Assembly (NCBI GenBank): GCA_017613535.1
Contig: JAGADO010000023.1
Span: 1-58,597 of the forward strand
Source: Clostridia bacterium
GTDB taxonomy: Bacteria > Bacillota > Clostridia > UBA1212 > UBA1255
Length of the DNA stretch: 58,597 nt
Direction: 5' to 3'
Made by a program: the position numbers and the translations under genes. The notes below the pieces were generated by a model. It ran no database searches. It was not told where the DNA came from and saw nothing but the letters and a program-made list of their open reading frames with translations. Shown piece by piece: positions 49,363 through 58,597 of the stretch (within the stretch, counting starts at the first letter, position 1; the number at the start of each line of letters is the position of its first letter).

Positions 49363-52347
49363 ATGAACAAAAAAATTGCCGCAAAAATACTCATAACACT
49401 GGCCATAATATTGCCCGTCATCATCCTGTACGCATGCACGGGAGGCGGACAGACGGAACAGACCGAACCGCCTGAAATAACGGAATCGCCCTCGCCTACG
49501 CCCGTACCGAGAGACGTCTCCGGAGACACGCCCCTTGCCGCATCGATGGTATACGCAAACGAGCTGGCAAACAAAGTCCAGGGTTACTACACGACAAGCG
49601 ACCGCGACGTTTACGTGCTCGAAAACACGACGATGCGCCTGTCCGAAAGCCTTACGGCAGAAGGCGGAAAAGGAGTTCTGTCATTTTCAGGAGCGGACGG
49701 TAAAGAATATTTCGCAGGCAGCATGGACACGTACGTGATCGACAACAGCGGAAACGAGTGGTCAGACCGCTTCTCGCCCGGATACGCACGCGTGAACACG
49801 GCGCGCCTCGGTTACTACTATTATGAGTCGCATTTCCGCGATCTCAGCCTCGGAGCTTCATCAGAAGACAGCTCGTTCGAATCAGTCACCCCCATCACTG
49901 ACCTGATGAAAAACGGCCGCGCGAACGACGGCAGCCTGAAGGAAGGCGCCGCAGGAAGCGTCGTATTCACCGTAAAATCGACGTACGACCCGTATCTCTA
50001 CATCAAAAACGTCTCTGTAGCGGCGCAGAAAGTCAACGCGATAGAAGTCACTATTGCCGTAAAAGGGAGCTCATCGCGGATGGAATTGTTCATAAACGAC
50101 GGATCGAACTTCAACCAGGCACAGTCGCTCGTATTCACCGTAAAAGCAGACGGACAGCCGCATAAATACCTTATTGACATCTCCGCGATCCAGAGAGGCG
50201 GAGTTTTGTCCGGCCTGCGGTTTGACATCGGAGAAAACATCGGGGATGAGGTCACGTTTTCCTCGCTCAGAGCCGTTAAAATAAACAGCGCGGTCCCGGC
50301 GGTGAAAGTTGAAAAAACGTACCACGTATTTTCGGACAAGCTTCACCAGGAGTTCAGGATCGTCGCTCTCGAAAAGGTCGAAAATGTTGCAGAGTTCGGC
50401 ATGATCTGGAGAGTAGATAAAAGCGCGGTCAATGCGATTTCGGTGAGGGACGCCGCAGGAAAACACGCAGACCTGAATTTTGATCCGCAGACCGTCGAAT
50501 ACGTCGCGTTCGACTTCAAAGAAGCAGGAATATGCGGGATCATCGTACCGAACGACCCGTCGATCACACTCTGCGTAACGGTAGAAGAAGAAGGAGAACA
50601 ATACGTTGTCCGGCAGAAGTGCGCGGGCAAGCTTTCGCTGAAGAAGGGCGGAGACGCGGCCGTCGCCAACAGGCTCTACAACGATGCTTCCCACAGCTTT
50701 GACGCGATAGAAAAAGAGGCGTCTGACGAACGCACGCCTCTCGGAGCAGACCGCATTTCGGTTTCGGTCAACGACTCAAAAACAAAATATAAGTATTACG
50801 ACGTTGTGCGCGGCGTGTACGTTTTCACGCTCAAGGGCACGACGTTCAGCACGGCATATCTGGCTAAGAATAACAATAAATATTTCGGCGCGACCGTCAC
50901 GATCGACAACGACGACAGCGACCGCAGGATCTACATCAATTTCAGCGCGGATTCCGAATGCCTCGAATGCGCGGCGATACTTGACGGCAGAGGCATCATG
51001 ACCCCGATACCGATCGAGGTCTGCAAGAATTTCACGTACGAAAAAGAAGAGCCCCTGTATGACCCAACCGACGTGCCGTACTCCGACACGTATTTCCCGC
51101 TGAAACTCTCCGGCGGAGAATCGCTGACGTTCACGCATATGCACCTGTACCAGAACTGGGGAAAATACCCGCTGAAGCAATTGTCATCGATCCAGTTCCA
51201 CGTATCGTACTACCACCTCTCGACAGGCGTGACAGAATCGAACTGCATTGCCCCCTACTACGTTTACGGGCGCGACGGATGGACGCTTCCGGACTTCAGA
51301 GGGCCGAGCGGGATAATGTGGTCTACGCAGCCTCAGTTCACGGCGGGCGGGCACAATAAATTCGTTTCTTACTCGAAGGGCGACGGGAACATTATCCGCG
51401 CCGAGTACACTGGGAGCAATATCCGTTCGTACGGTCCTACTTACGCTGACCTCGAGTACAGCTACAAGGCGGATTCGGGCGAGTACGAATATACTCTCCG
51501 CCACATGGAGTTCCCGCAGACGGACGAAAACAGGACGTATTACACCGTATCGCTCAGGTTCCTGAAAGACACGACATTCAAAAACGTAGCGGAAGAATTG
51601 ACGCTCCACTACTTCGACAGCCGCGACCAGAAGTTCGATAAACTGAGCTACACGGCCCCGGACGGAACGGTAAAAACCGTATTGACCGACTTTTCCGGGA
51701 GCAATATGAATACTGTGAAGCTTTCCTCCGGCACTTTCTGGTTCGCATATTACGGTTCGAGTAACAAAGATTGCATGAATGAAGCGCTTCTAATGAGAAA
51801 CTACAGGATCGTGATCGGCGGGAAGGAATGGAACGGTAATTTCGTTCTGCGCAACGGTTACGACGGTATCATGTGCAACGTCAGCGAGCTTTCTCTCGAT
51901 ATCGGCAGCTGCACTTTCAAGAAAGGCGATACGATCTACCTCGAGTTCCTGCTCGTGCCGTGGGGCAATACCGATCACGACACTTATTCAAACATTGAGC
52001 GTCTTTACGAGGATTCCGTCCTGAAGCCCCTCAGCCTGAGCGTAAAGACAGGTTCCGTCATCGAAGAGCCGTATCTCCCCCACATTATGTGCGAGGACAA
52101 TTACGCCGAATTTACAGTTTCTGGGGGCAGGAACAATAACGTCGTAAGGATCGACGGGTTCACTTCTCTCGAACGGCCTGTCATCGAGATCCTGGGCGCT
52201 GACGGTAACTGGGAGCCGTACGTTACGAACGTTCTGGAGTACGACGGATATTGCGTGCATTATGCTCTGAACGGCACGTACGGATACTCGTTCGTGTTCA
52301 CGTCAGACGGGCCGGACAATGCGTACACGTTCAGATTAAGGGTATAA
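49363..52347 (+). CDS. Large lipoprotein of unknown function (994 aa)
   Basis: The ATG at 49363 lies within ORF 49321-52347 (GTG start). Signal/lipobox ILPVIILYAC, then a Pro/Thr/Glu linker. I recognised no catalytic motif. Confidence 0.6.
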   Translation: MNKKIAAKILITLAIILPVIILYACTGGGQTEQTEPPEITESPSPTPVPRDVSGDTPLAASMVYANELANKVQGYYTTSDRDVYVLENTTMRLSESLTAEGGKGVLSFSGADGKEYFAGSMDTYVIDNSGNEWSDRFSPGYARVNTARLGYYYYESHFRDLSLGASSEDSSFESVTPITDLMKNGRANDGSLKEGAAGSVVFTVKSTYDPYLYIKNVSVAAQKVNAIEVTIAVKGSSSRMELFINDGSNFNQAQSLVFTVKADGQPHKYLIDISAIQRGGVLSGLRFDIGENIGDEVTFSSLRAVKINSAVPAVKVEKTYHVFSDKLHQEFRIVALEKVENVAEFGMIWRVDKSAVNAISVRDAAGKHADLNFDPQTVEYVAFDFKEAGICGIIVPNDPSITLCVTVEEEGEQYVVRQKCAGKLSLKKGGDAAVANRLYNDASHSFDAIEKEASDERTPLGADRISVSVNDSKTKYKYYDVVRGVYVFTLKGTTFSTAYLAKNNNKYFGATVTIDNDDSDRRIYINFSADSECLECAAILDGRGIMTPIPIEVCKNFTYEKEEPLYDPTDVPYSDTYFPLKLSGGESLTFTHMHLYQNWGKYPLKQLSSIQFHVSYYHLSTGVTESNCIAPYYVYGRDGWTLPDFRGPSGIMWSTQPQFTAGGHNKFVSYSKGDGNIIRAEYTGSNIRSYGPTYADLEYSYKADSGEYEYTLRHMEFPQTDENRTYYTVSLRFLKDTTFKNVAEELTLHYFDSRDQKFDKLSYTAPDGTVKTVLTDFSGSNMNTVKLSSGTFWFAYYGSSNKDCMNEALLMRNYRIVIGGKEWNGNFVLRNGYDGIMCNVSELSLDIGSCTFKKGDTIYLEFLLVPWGNTDHDTYSNIERLYEDSVLKPLSLSVKTGSVIEEPYLPHIMCEDNYAEFTVSGGRNNNVVRIDGFTSLERPVIEILGADGNWEPYVTNVLEYDGYCVHYALNGTYGYSFVFTSDGPDNAYTFRLRV

Positions 52348-54589
52348 TGCATTGCTTAATGGCGTACTCGTACTCACCGGTAACGGCGATGTACTCGCCC
52401 AAGACCTTCACATGAATAATCGCGAAGCAAGGCAGCGCCTCACCGTTAAGCCCGGTGCGGAAATCCATTGACGACGCCGCAAATTGCATAAAATCAGAAA
52501 GACTGAGGCCCTGCGCCAGAAGATCGAAAGTGATAAGTTCCTTGTCTTCGGCGTCATTGACCGCGTACACGTTAACCGAAACGATCTCACCGCCGGAGCA
52601 AGGACTTGCAGTAAACTTTTTTGAGGAGTTTACCGCCATGACCGACTCTTTTCCATCGACAATGAACACTGCAGGGGTCATTTTATTTTTGAACGAATCC
52701 GTCCAGTTCGCCATATACCGCTCAACATCCGGACCGAACGGCCACTTGATTTCGTCCATCGTTTTTCCGTTAAAAACGCAGTAAATATAAGGGTATTCTA
52801 TCCAGCTCATTCTATAACCATCCTGAGAGAGCCGCAGAAACTCTTTACTGTCGGCAATGCTGTAAACACTTTTCGGGTCATTCATCGGTATCGCCGTCGG
52901 AGCCGGAGTCGGAGTGGGCTGGCGCAGAGTAGGCTCGCCTGTCGGCAATTTATCCGTCGGAGCTCCGGTCGGAACTTCCGTCGGGAATAAAAACGGCGGT
53001 ATTTCGGTCGGTTCGGGCGTGGGCAGCGGAAGGTCCTCAGCGCATGCGAGGATAAATACGTATGTGTTTCTGTACGCACTCCCGATCGAACCGTAGGTGT
53101 ACGACGGCGAAAGCATAACAACGTACGTCTGATCCGCGGGGATCGTGACAGTATTATTGAAATCGGGGTATATTCCCGACACCCTGCCGCCGTTGGGCTG
53201 AACCATAAGTCTGTCAAACGGGATCAGGCAGATTTCGATCTCTCTTGGCAGCGATGGCCAGTACCACTCCAGAATCAGCTCATCAGAAGTCTCGGCGGTG
53301 AATACCGGAAGCCTGTCATATTCCTTCTGAACGATTTCCAGGTAAAATCCACCCGGCAGTTCCGCAGACTCCGCACCGCTGATCAGCGTCCATACAGGCC
53401 TGTCTTTATCAGAATAGACCATTCCTTTTCTCTTCTTAAGGTTAAATACAAGCTTTACCTCTTTCGAAGGGAGTCCGACCGTACTTGTCGTGTACAGCGC
53501 CTCGAAGAATTCGTCAGGATCTGCGCCTCCGACGGAAAACGCGATCCCCTCCGTCCGGGCTCTTCCTGCGTCCACCCGGATCTTTCCTCCCATGAAGCTT
53601 GAAGAAAGCCAGATGTACGCGTTTCCGTCATTTACAATGATCTCAGGCATATCCCCGATCGGCGCGTAATACTCGCAGACTTTTACGTACTCTTTTTTCG
53701 TCATATCGAAGATATAAAAGCAGTTCAGGTAACGCGACAGCGCCGGAGCAGGATCGTTATAATACTCGACGTTTTTCTTCTCCGAAAAGATAAACAGAAT
53801 ATCATCAGCGCCGTTGCCGTCATAATCGTACATAACAGCACCCGCTATGGCGAGATCAGACCGGTCAAGCGTGTAATACAACGTTCCGTCGATAAGTATC
53901 AGGTCAAAGCCCGTATAAAAACCGCATCTGAACAGTCTCGCGTGCCCTTCAAGTTCACGCGGCGTCAATTCTTTTATCATCAGGCTCTTTTTCGACTCCT
54001 CGTTTCCGATCAGCTGAAGCCAGTCGCTGCTGACGACCGTTCTCCCGTTATACATGACAGGGCCTGTATTTCCGGTCTCGTTTGCTTTGATCACAGCCTC
54101 AAACAGTTCATCGATCCCGTCGATCTCGCAGGCCAAAAACGTTTCTCCATCTTCCGAGAAGAATGAAGTTGTCCTTTCGACCCGCCCCGCTCCGTATCCG
54201 TCTTCACCGATAAACGAACTCACATCGATCAGTTCGACGCTGCCGTTATAAGGTGTAGCGGTAGGAGCAGCAGTCGGATCGGAGACATATACAGGAGTAG
54301 GCGTAACACCGGCGTCGTCGGTTCCTCCCTCCTGTACGATCGGTCTTGTTCCGTTCAGGTTTTTAACGACTCCGACGGTGACCGCGGTCAATGCCGAAAC
54401 GATCAGTATCACCGATGCGGCGATCAGTGCGGGATGCAGCCTGAACCCGCCTTTATTCACTTTTTTCGAGCCTGCATCCGTCCCGGGCACCTCCGCGGAA
54501 ACCTCGCCGGATCCCGCAAATCTCGCGCTCTCCTCGACCATATCTTCAGGCATGTTTTTCATCATTTCAGCAAGTTTTACGTCGTTCAT
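52331..54589 (-). CDS. Single-pass membrane protein in anti-sigma position (752 aa) with a large extracytoplasmic domain
   Basis: The ATG at 54589 overlaps the sigma-factor stop (ATGA). It has a ~60-aa cytoplasmic N-terminus, TM helix LHPALIAASVILIVSALTAVTVGVV, and Pro/Thr linkers. I saw no HxxxCxxC zinc anti-sigma motif. Confidence 0.6.
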   Translation of the reverse strand: MNDVKLAEMMKNMPEDMVEESARFAGSGEVSAEVPGTDAGSKKVNKGGFRLHPALIAASVILIVSALTAVTVGVVKNLNGTRPIVQEGGTDDAGVTPTPVYVSDPTAAPTATPYNGSVELIDVSSFIGEDGYGAGRVERTTSFFSEDGETFLACEIDGIDELFEAVIKANETGNTGPVMYNGRTVVSSDWLQLIGNEESKKSLMIKELTPRELEGHARLFRCGFYTGFDLILIDGTLYYTLDRSDLAIAGAVMYDYDGNGADDILFIFSEKKNVEYYNDPAPALSRYLNCFYIFDMTKKEYVKVCEYYAPIGDMPEIIVNDGNAYIWLSSSFMGGKIRVDAGRARTEGIAFSVGGADPDEFFEALYTTSTVGLPSKEVKLVFNLKKRKGMVYSDKDRPVWTLISGAESAELPGGFYLEIVQKEYDRLPVFTAETSDELILEWYWPSLPREIEICLIPFDRLMVQPNGGRVSGIYPDFNNTVTIPADQTYVVMLSPSYTYGSIGSAYRNTYVFILACAEDLPLPTPEPTEIPPFLFPTEVPTGAPTDKLPTGEPTLRQPTPTPAPTAIPMNDPKSVYSIADSKEFLRLSQDGYRMSWIEYPYIYCVFNGKTMDEIKWPFGPDVERYMANWTDSFKNKMTPAVFIVDGKESVMAVNSSKKFTASPCSGGEIVSVNVYAVNDAEDKELITFDLLAQGLSLSDFMQFAASSMDFRTGLNGEALPCFAIIHVKVLGEYIAVTGEYEYAIKQCIIPLI

Positions 54590-55206
54590 ATTTCCACTCC
54601 CTCGGCTTCCAGAAACTTCCTGAGACCTTCCCTGGTCCTGCCCAGATTTGACAGCACCGTGCCGCGCGGCATGTTCATTATTCGGGCAATATCTTCCACG
54701 GACCGCTCGTAATAGTACCGGGCAAAGAAAATCATCCTCTTTTTTGGTTTGAGCGTGCGCAGATACCGGGCGATCAGCGCTTCGGTCCGCTTCCCCTCCG
54801 GATCTTCTCCGTCGGCAATACGTTTTCCGGCATTGCCCTTCGCGAGCCCGAGCGGATCGGTCCACGGATCGGTCACCGGATGCTCGTGATTGTCCGGATC
54901 ATCTAGCGAAACAGTGCTGTCGGAAGGATTTGACCTTTGCGTGTGATGCTTGCGCCACATATCCAGCGCAGTATTTTTCGCTATTTCCCCCGCATATGCC
55001 TTCAGATTACCGGGAACGGCCGGAGGGATGCTGTTCCAGAGCTTCAGATAGACGTCATTCAGACATTCTTCCGCATCTGCGTCGTTTTCAAGCACGCCTG
55101 CGACAATAGCGCGGAGATATATTCCGTAATTGTTTCGCATTTCCGTGATTGCTTGCTCGTCGCGGCTGTCGAACATCGTGATGATGTCAATATCTTTCAG
55201 CTGCAT
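54586..55206 (-). CDS. ECF-type (group 4) sigma-70 family RNA polymerase sigma factor
   Basis: 206-aa ORF. Region 2 reads ...ECLNDVYLKLWNSIP.... A long acidic/basic linker follows, then region 4 RMIFFARYYYERSVEDIARIMNMPRGTVLSNLGRTREGLRKFL. Confidence 0.8.
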   Translation of the reverse strand: MQLKDIDIITMFDSRDEQAITEMRNNYGIYLRAIVAGVLENDADAEECLNDVYLKLWNSIPPAVPGNLKAYAGEIAKNTALDMWRKHHTQRSNPSDSTVSLDDPDNHEHPVTDPWTDPLGLAKGNAGKRIADGEDPEGKRTEALIARYLRTLKPKKRMIFFARYYYERSVEDIARIMNMPRGTVLSNLGRTREGLRKFLEAEGVEI

Positions 55207-55259
55207 TCCGTCTCTCCTTAGTCGTTCTGGAGCACTCTTTCGCGTCGCTCATATAAACA

Positions 55260-55284
55260 GACGTGAAAAATTGCCCCTGATTCC
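55260..55284 (-). promoter_or_regulatory. ECF-type promoter candidate (GGAAT-N16-CGTC) upstream of the sigma gene
   Basis: Reverse strand: GGAAT (55284-55280), 16 nt, CGTC (55263-55260). It lies about 55 nt upstream of the ATG at 55206. This resembles the autoregulated ECF consensus GGAAC-N16/17-CGTC. Confidence 0.35.
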
Positions 55285-55345
55285 GTTTTGCTTCGTGAAA
55301 ATTTATGAAAAATAATAATTGCGGATTTTTATAAATACCGCAGGA

Positions 55346-56221
55346 TCACAAAAGATTGATCCTGCCGCGGAGCTGTCCGTCTTTTACGCTCCCCAGGCCC
55401 TGGAGAATATCTTCCGCATAAACGCGCACGAGCTCCGCATCCGGGATATCCACTTTAAAAAGCCTGCCGAAACGGTAGTCATCCGCCTCCGTCGCGGTCA
55501 GTCTGACGGCCGGATATCCTCCGAGGATGGTGTCGCAAGGCAATATAAAGGAGTCTCCGGTCAGCCGGTCGGGTGTGACGGAATCGCCGATCGAAAGGGG
55601 GCCGTAAGAAGTGCGGCGCAGAGAAGCCATTGCCCCCGGAAGACCGAGAGACGCGGCAATATCGCAGCATAGCGTTCGTATATACGTGCCCCGCCCGCAT
55701 TCGACCGTAAGCGCAGCTTCGGGTCCGTCCGGTCCGCCGGAAAACCCACCGACAACGATCGAATAAATATTGACCTTGCGCGGCCTGAGCTCAGGCGCCT
55801 CTCCCCTGCGGGCAAGCTTATACGCGGGTACTCCGCCTATTTTCAGGGCGGAAAAAGCAGGCGGGATCTGAACGACATTGCCAACGAAATCCGCCGCGGC
55901 CGTTTCTACTTCTTCGCGCGTGAGGTGCGCAAGGCGTAAATCCTGATCTTTGTCAGCCGCGCCAATTTCTTTGCCCCATATATCTCCCGTGTCGTACGAC
56001 GTTCCGAATCTCAGCCGCGCTTCGTACGTTTTGTGAAGGCCGAGAAACACGTCGGAAAGGCGCGTGGCTTTTCCGAGCAGCACCGGAAGCACTCCCGTCG
56101 CTTCGGGGTCAAGCGTTCCTCCGTGGCCGCATTTTTTCTCGCCAGTGAGCCTCCTTACGGCAGCACAGGCTCCGAACGATGTCATTCCTGCAGGTTTATC
56201 GAGGTTAACAATGCCCGTCAT
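55346..56221 (-). CDS. truB: tRNA pseudouridine(55) synthase TruB
   Basis: 291-aa ORF with N-terminal GIVNLDKPAGMTSF and the catalytic motif GHGGTLDPEATGVLPV. The start overlaps the nrnA stop. Confidence 0.9.
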   Translation of the reverse strand: MTGIVNLDKPAGMTSFGACAAVRRLTGEKKCGHGGTLDPEATGVLPVLLGKATRLSDVFLGLHKTYEARLRFGTSYDTGDIWGKEIGAADKDQDLRLAHLTREEVETAAADFVGNVVQIPPAFSALKIGGVPAYKLARRGEAPELRPRKVNIYSIVVGGFSGGPDGPEAALTVECGRGTYIRTLCCDIAASLGLPGAMASLRRTSYGPLSIGDSVTPDRLTGDSFILPCDTILGGYPAVRLTATEADDYRFGRLFKVDIPDAELVRVYAEDILQGLGSVKDGQLRGRINLL

Positions 56222-57264
56222 TCGCCTTCTCTGCCTCCGTCGATCTCTTTCCGCACCGCTTCCAGAAGCTTATCTGTCTGCGCCGCCAGCTGCTCGGGAG
56301 TCTTCGCCGCGAAACCGCAGCCGGCAGCGCACACGTGACCGCCTCCTCCGAACGCACCCGCGATCGCGCCTACATTCACGCTATCGTCCGAACGCATACT
56401 GACGCGGAACTTACCCGGAACGTTGTCCGGCTTGATAAAAATACCTGCCTTCACGCCCTCGATGTCGCGCAGAATATTTGCAATTCCGCCCGTATCCGAT
56501 TCGTCTGCTCCTGCTGCAGCGAGATCTTCTTTCGTGAGCGTAAGGAGGCAGATATCGGGGTACGGGAAGCTCAGTTTATCGTAAACGGTGCGCATGAGGC
56601 GTGTGTAGCCGAGGCTCTTGACCTCGTAGACCTTGTGGGAGACGAAAGACATATTGCCCGCTATAGCCCTCGTACGAGACGCGATATAGTGCGTCTGAGC
56701 CGTGACGTTTGAATAAGCGAAACAGCCAGTATCGGTCACCAGGCCGGTGTAGATCGAACCCGCGACCGCCTTTTCGACGTCATCCGTAAGCCAGTCCGAG
56801 CGCTCGGTGCCGCGGTCAAAACCCATGCGGTTCAGCAGAAGATAGACGCCCTCCGCCGTTGCCGACCACTCCGGGTCAAGCAGCGTTTCAGGCGAAAAAT
56901 CGGTACCGGTAGCGTGGTGGTCGATGCGCGCCCTTGCCCCGGCAGCTTCGAAGTATTTCAATCTGTTTCCGAGCCTGTCGGGAGCGGCGGTGTCAACGGC
57001 CACGGCGAGGTCGTATTTTTTCGCGCGCCCGATCTCTCCGACGGATAAGAACGTCACACCCGAGATGCCCGCAATGAAGTCCAGCTTGGCTTCTACGGGC
57101 TCTCCGGTCAATACCGTGACATGATGCCCCGCCGCGGTCAAAAACGCCGCCAGTGCCCCGCAGGACCCCAGTGCGTCGCCGTCAGCGTACAGGTGAGGCA
57201 GAAGCAGTATCTTTTCCGCCCCTTCGAGCAACTGGATAAATTTATCATAATTCCCGTAAAGCAT
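56218..57264 (-). CDS. nrnA: DHH/DHHA1 phosphoesterase (NrnA-type oligoribonuclease / pAp phosphatase)
   Basis: 348-aa ORF with motifs HLYADGDALGS, DHH (RIDHHAT) and DHHA1 GGGGH. GGAGGAAA RBS upstream. Confidence 0.8.
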   Translation of the reverse strand: MLYGNYDKFIQLLEGAEKILLLPHLYADGDALGSCGALAAFLTAAGHHVTVLTGEPVEAKLDFIAGISGVTFLSVGEIGRAKKYDLAVAVDTAAPDRLGNRLKYFEAAGARARIDHHATGTDFSPETLLDPEWSATAEGVYLLLNRMGFDRGTERSDWLTDDVEKAVAGSIYTGLVTDTGCFAYSNVTAQTHYIASRTRAIAGNMSFVSHKVYEVKSLGYTRLMRTVYDKLSFPYPDICLLTLTKEDLAAAGADESDTGGIANILRDIEGVKAGIFIKPDNVPGKFRVSMRSDDSVNVGAIAGAFGGGGHVCAAGCGFAAKTPEQLAAQTDKLLEAVRKEIDGGREGE

Positions 57265-57283
57265 TTTCAGCGTTTCCTCCGGG

Positions 57284-57317
57284 TAAAAATACGGCCGGTT
57301 GAAAGCTCACCGGCCGC
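57284..57317 (-). terminator. Intrinsic terminator after the lipoprotein gene at 57338-58579
   Basis: Reverse strand: CGGCCGGT-(9-nt loop)-ACCGGCCG followed by TATTTTTAC. Confidence 0.6.
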
Positions 57318-57337
57318 GTGACGTATCACCTGATATG

Positions 57338-58579
57338 TCAGATGAAATATTCGTGAATGCCAAGATCTTTGCACAGCCAGCTGCTGCCGGGAGCGCTGCT
57401 CTGGTTCGTGTATCCGCCGCCGCCCATGACAACGAACATTCCGAAGTAGAGGTTCTCTTTCGCCGCGTCGAACTGATCGGCTTTTTCAACGTCGGTGACT
57501 TTGAACAGCTCGATCGGAAGCTTCGCCTCGAATACGACCGCGCCATCGCCTGCAGCGTATGCGGTACCGACGAGTTCGGTGATGTCCGCGCCGCCTGCGT
57601 TGTCGTCGTCCTTAAGCTGAGTCTTGTGATTGTGCTGGAGCACGGTGACCTTTCCGTCTTCAAGCTTGAACGAAATGAACAGGCCGGGAACGCCATCGAG
57701 CCTTGCGCCGGGGTTGAAGTTCAGCTGGATCATATCGCCGATAGCAGCTCCCTTTACGGTGCAGCCTACGTAGAGCCCGTCAGATTCAAGATCAAGTCTA
57801 TACTCGATCGATCTGTCGCCGATACTTGTGCCGGTCCATGTCTGAGCATTTGAAGCGTCAAGGACGTATTTAGCGGAATATTCGCCTGCGGTGATAACGC
57901 CGTCAAGTGCATTGTCAGCGGCCTGTACGCCTTCATACATAAGTACGAAAGGATTGGCCATAGGATTCATGTAGTACAGTCCTTCGGGCGTCTTGAGCAC
58001 TACTTTAAGCTCGTGCTGCCCCGCAAGTCCTTCGACCGGGATATCTACGGAAAATCTGATCGCATAATCTCCGCCTGCGGCTTTTACTGCGTCAGAAGTA
58101 GCTTCAAAATTTTTATCCGAGAGCACTACGGCGCCGTCGTCGATCTGATAGCCGGTCATTATTATTTCTTCTTCCGTTAATCCGGCCCAGCCTCTCATGG
58201 TGACAGTCTTTACACTGCCGTCGGTGCCGTCGATCGTATCCTCGATTTCGAGTCTGTATGTGGCAACGCCTCCGTCGGTCAGCGTCTTTCCGTTAACTTT
58301 AATGGTGTCAAACGAGAAGTTTCTTACCTCTGCGTCGTCCCAGTCGGTGATCTCAACTTTATACGGATCATTAAACGGCTCGGCCGTGGGAGCGGGCGTA
58401 GCAGTGGGTGCCTGCGTTACGGGAACGTCGGTGGGAGCAGGAGCATCGGTCACGACCGGAACGTCCGTTGCCGCGGGTTTTTCAGTTGCGTCGTTCTGTT
58501 CGGCCGGTTTGGTCGCGCAGCCTGCAAAGAGTGCTGCTGCCAGGACAAGTGCAACAAGTATGGCGAGTGTTTTTTTCAT
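57338..58579 (-). CDS. Secreted lipoprotein with Pro/Thr/Ala linker and carbohydrate-binding-module-like domains (CBM9/DOMON-like guess)
   Basis: 413-aa ORF with lipobox LFAGC and linker repeats (APAPTDVPVTQAPTATPAPTA). The C-terminal half (...DGVITAGEY...YRLDLESDGLYVGCTV...) is weakly reminiscent of CBM9. AAGGAGGAAAAA RBS upstream. Confidence 0.5.
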   Translation of the reverse strand: MKKTLAILVALVLAAALFAGCATKPAEQNDATEKPAATDVPVVTDAPAPTDVPVTQAPTATPAPTAEPFNDPYKVEITDWDDAEVRNFSFDTIKVNGKTLTDGGVATYRLEIEDTIDGTDGSVKTVTMRGWAGLTEEEIIMTGYQIDDGAVVLSDKNFEATSDAVKAAGGDYAIRFSVDIPVEGLAGQHELKVVLKTPEGLYYMNPMANPFVLMYEGVQAADNALDGVITAGEYSAKYVLDASNAQTWTGTSIGDRSIEYRLDLESDGLYVGCTVKGAAIGDMIQLNFNPGARLDGVPGLFISFKLEDGKVTVLQHNHKTQLKDDDNAGGADITELVGTAYAAGDGAVVFEAKLPIELFKVTDVEKADQFDAAKENLYFGMFVVMGGGGYTNQSSAPGSSWLCKDLGIHEYFI

Positions 58580-58597
58580 GGTTTTTCCTCCTTAAAA

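Noticed and set aside
55310-55345. An intrinsic terminator after truB (TGCGG...CCGCA plus an AT-rich tail).
   Set aside because: The stem is only 5 bp with a 13-nt loop, which is not convincing from sequence alone.
1-58597. Looked for defence or toxin systems, CRISPR-cas, retron/DGR reverse transcriptases, rRNA, riboswitch/T-box leaders, tmRNA, RNase P and SRP RNA.
   Set aside because: I found no protein motifs or conserved RNA cores for any of these by eye. Absence is not proven without profile or covariance-model searches.

Overview
A 58.6-kb chromosomal window that is moderately GC-rich. Its gene content looks like a Gram-positive anaerobe, probably Clostridia or Oscillospiraceae-like, but this is an inference from gene families only. 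I see three main blocks. (1) A run of 16 same-strand genes (24735 down to 891) behind one near-consensus promoter. It encodes cell-envelope functions: an L,D-transpeptidase, two GH78-type rhamnosidases, two paralogous TIM-barrel-like glycosidases, a solute-binding lipoprotein, and a non-canonical Dlt-like carrier-protein acylation module preceded by an Asp/Glu-type racemase and a transglutaminase-like ectoprotein. (2) A central mixed region: Fe-ADH and ALDH, two tandem zinc-ribbon membrane paralogs, tRNA-Ala and tRNA-Leu, PBP1A, an XRE-HTH::sigma-region-4 chimera with a coupled membrane protein, and an ABC exporter with an SGNH hydrolase. (3) A dcw cluster (mraZ-rsmH-ftsL-pbp2B-murE-murF-mraY-ftsW), then a 994-aa lipoprotein, an ECF sigma/anti-sigma-like pair, truB and nrnA. 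I found no rRNA, CRISPR array, transposase, integrase or recognisable defence genes. The most unusual content is non-coding. A heptanucleotide-repeat inverted repeat (32 bp perfect) brackets a 486-bp core at the left end, and a solo copy sits at the ftsW end. A 4 x 108-bp tandem array carries eight perfect palindromes between the divergent mraZ and lipoprotein promoters. An array of tRNA-Ala 3'-end-derived repeats sits inside an 83-bp perfect duplication. Several tandem hairpin arrays show compensatory stem changes. All functional readings of these elements are hypotheses. Nothing here was checked against databases.
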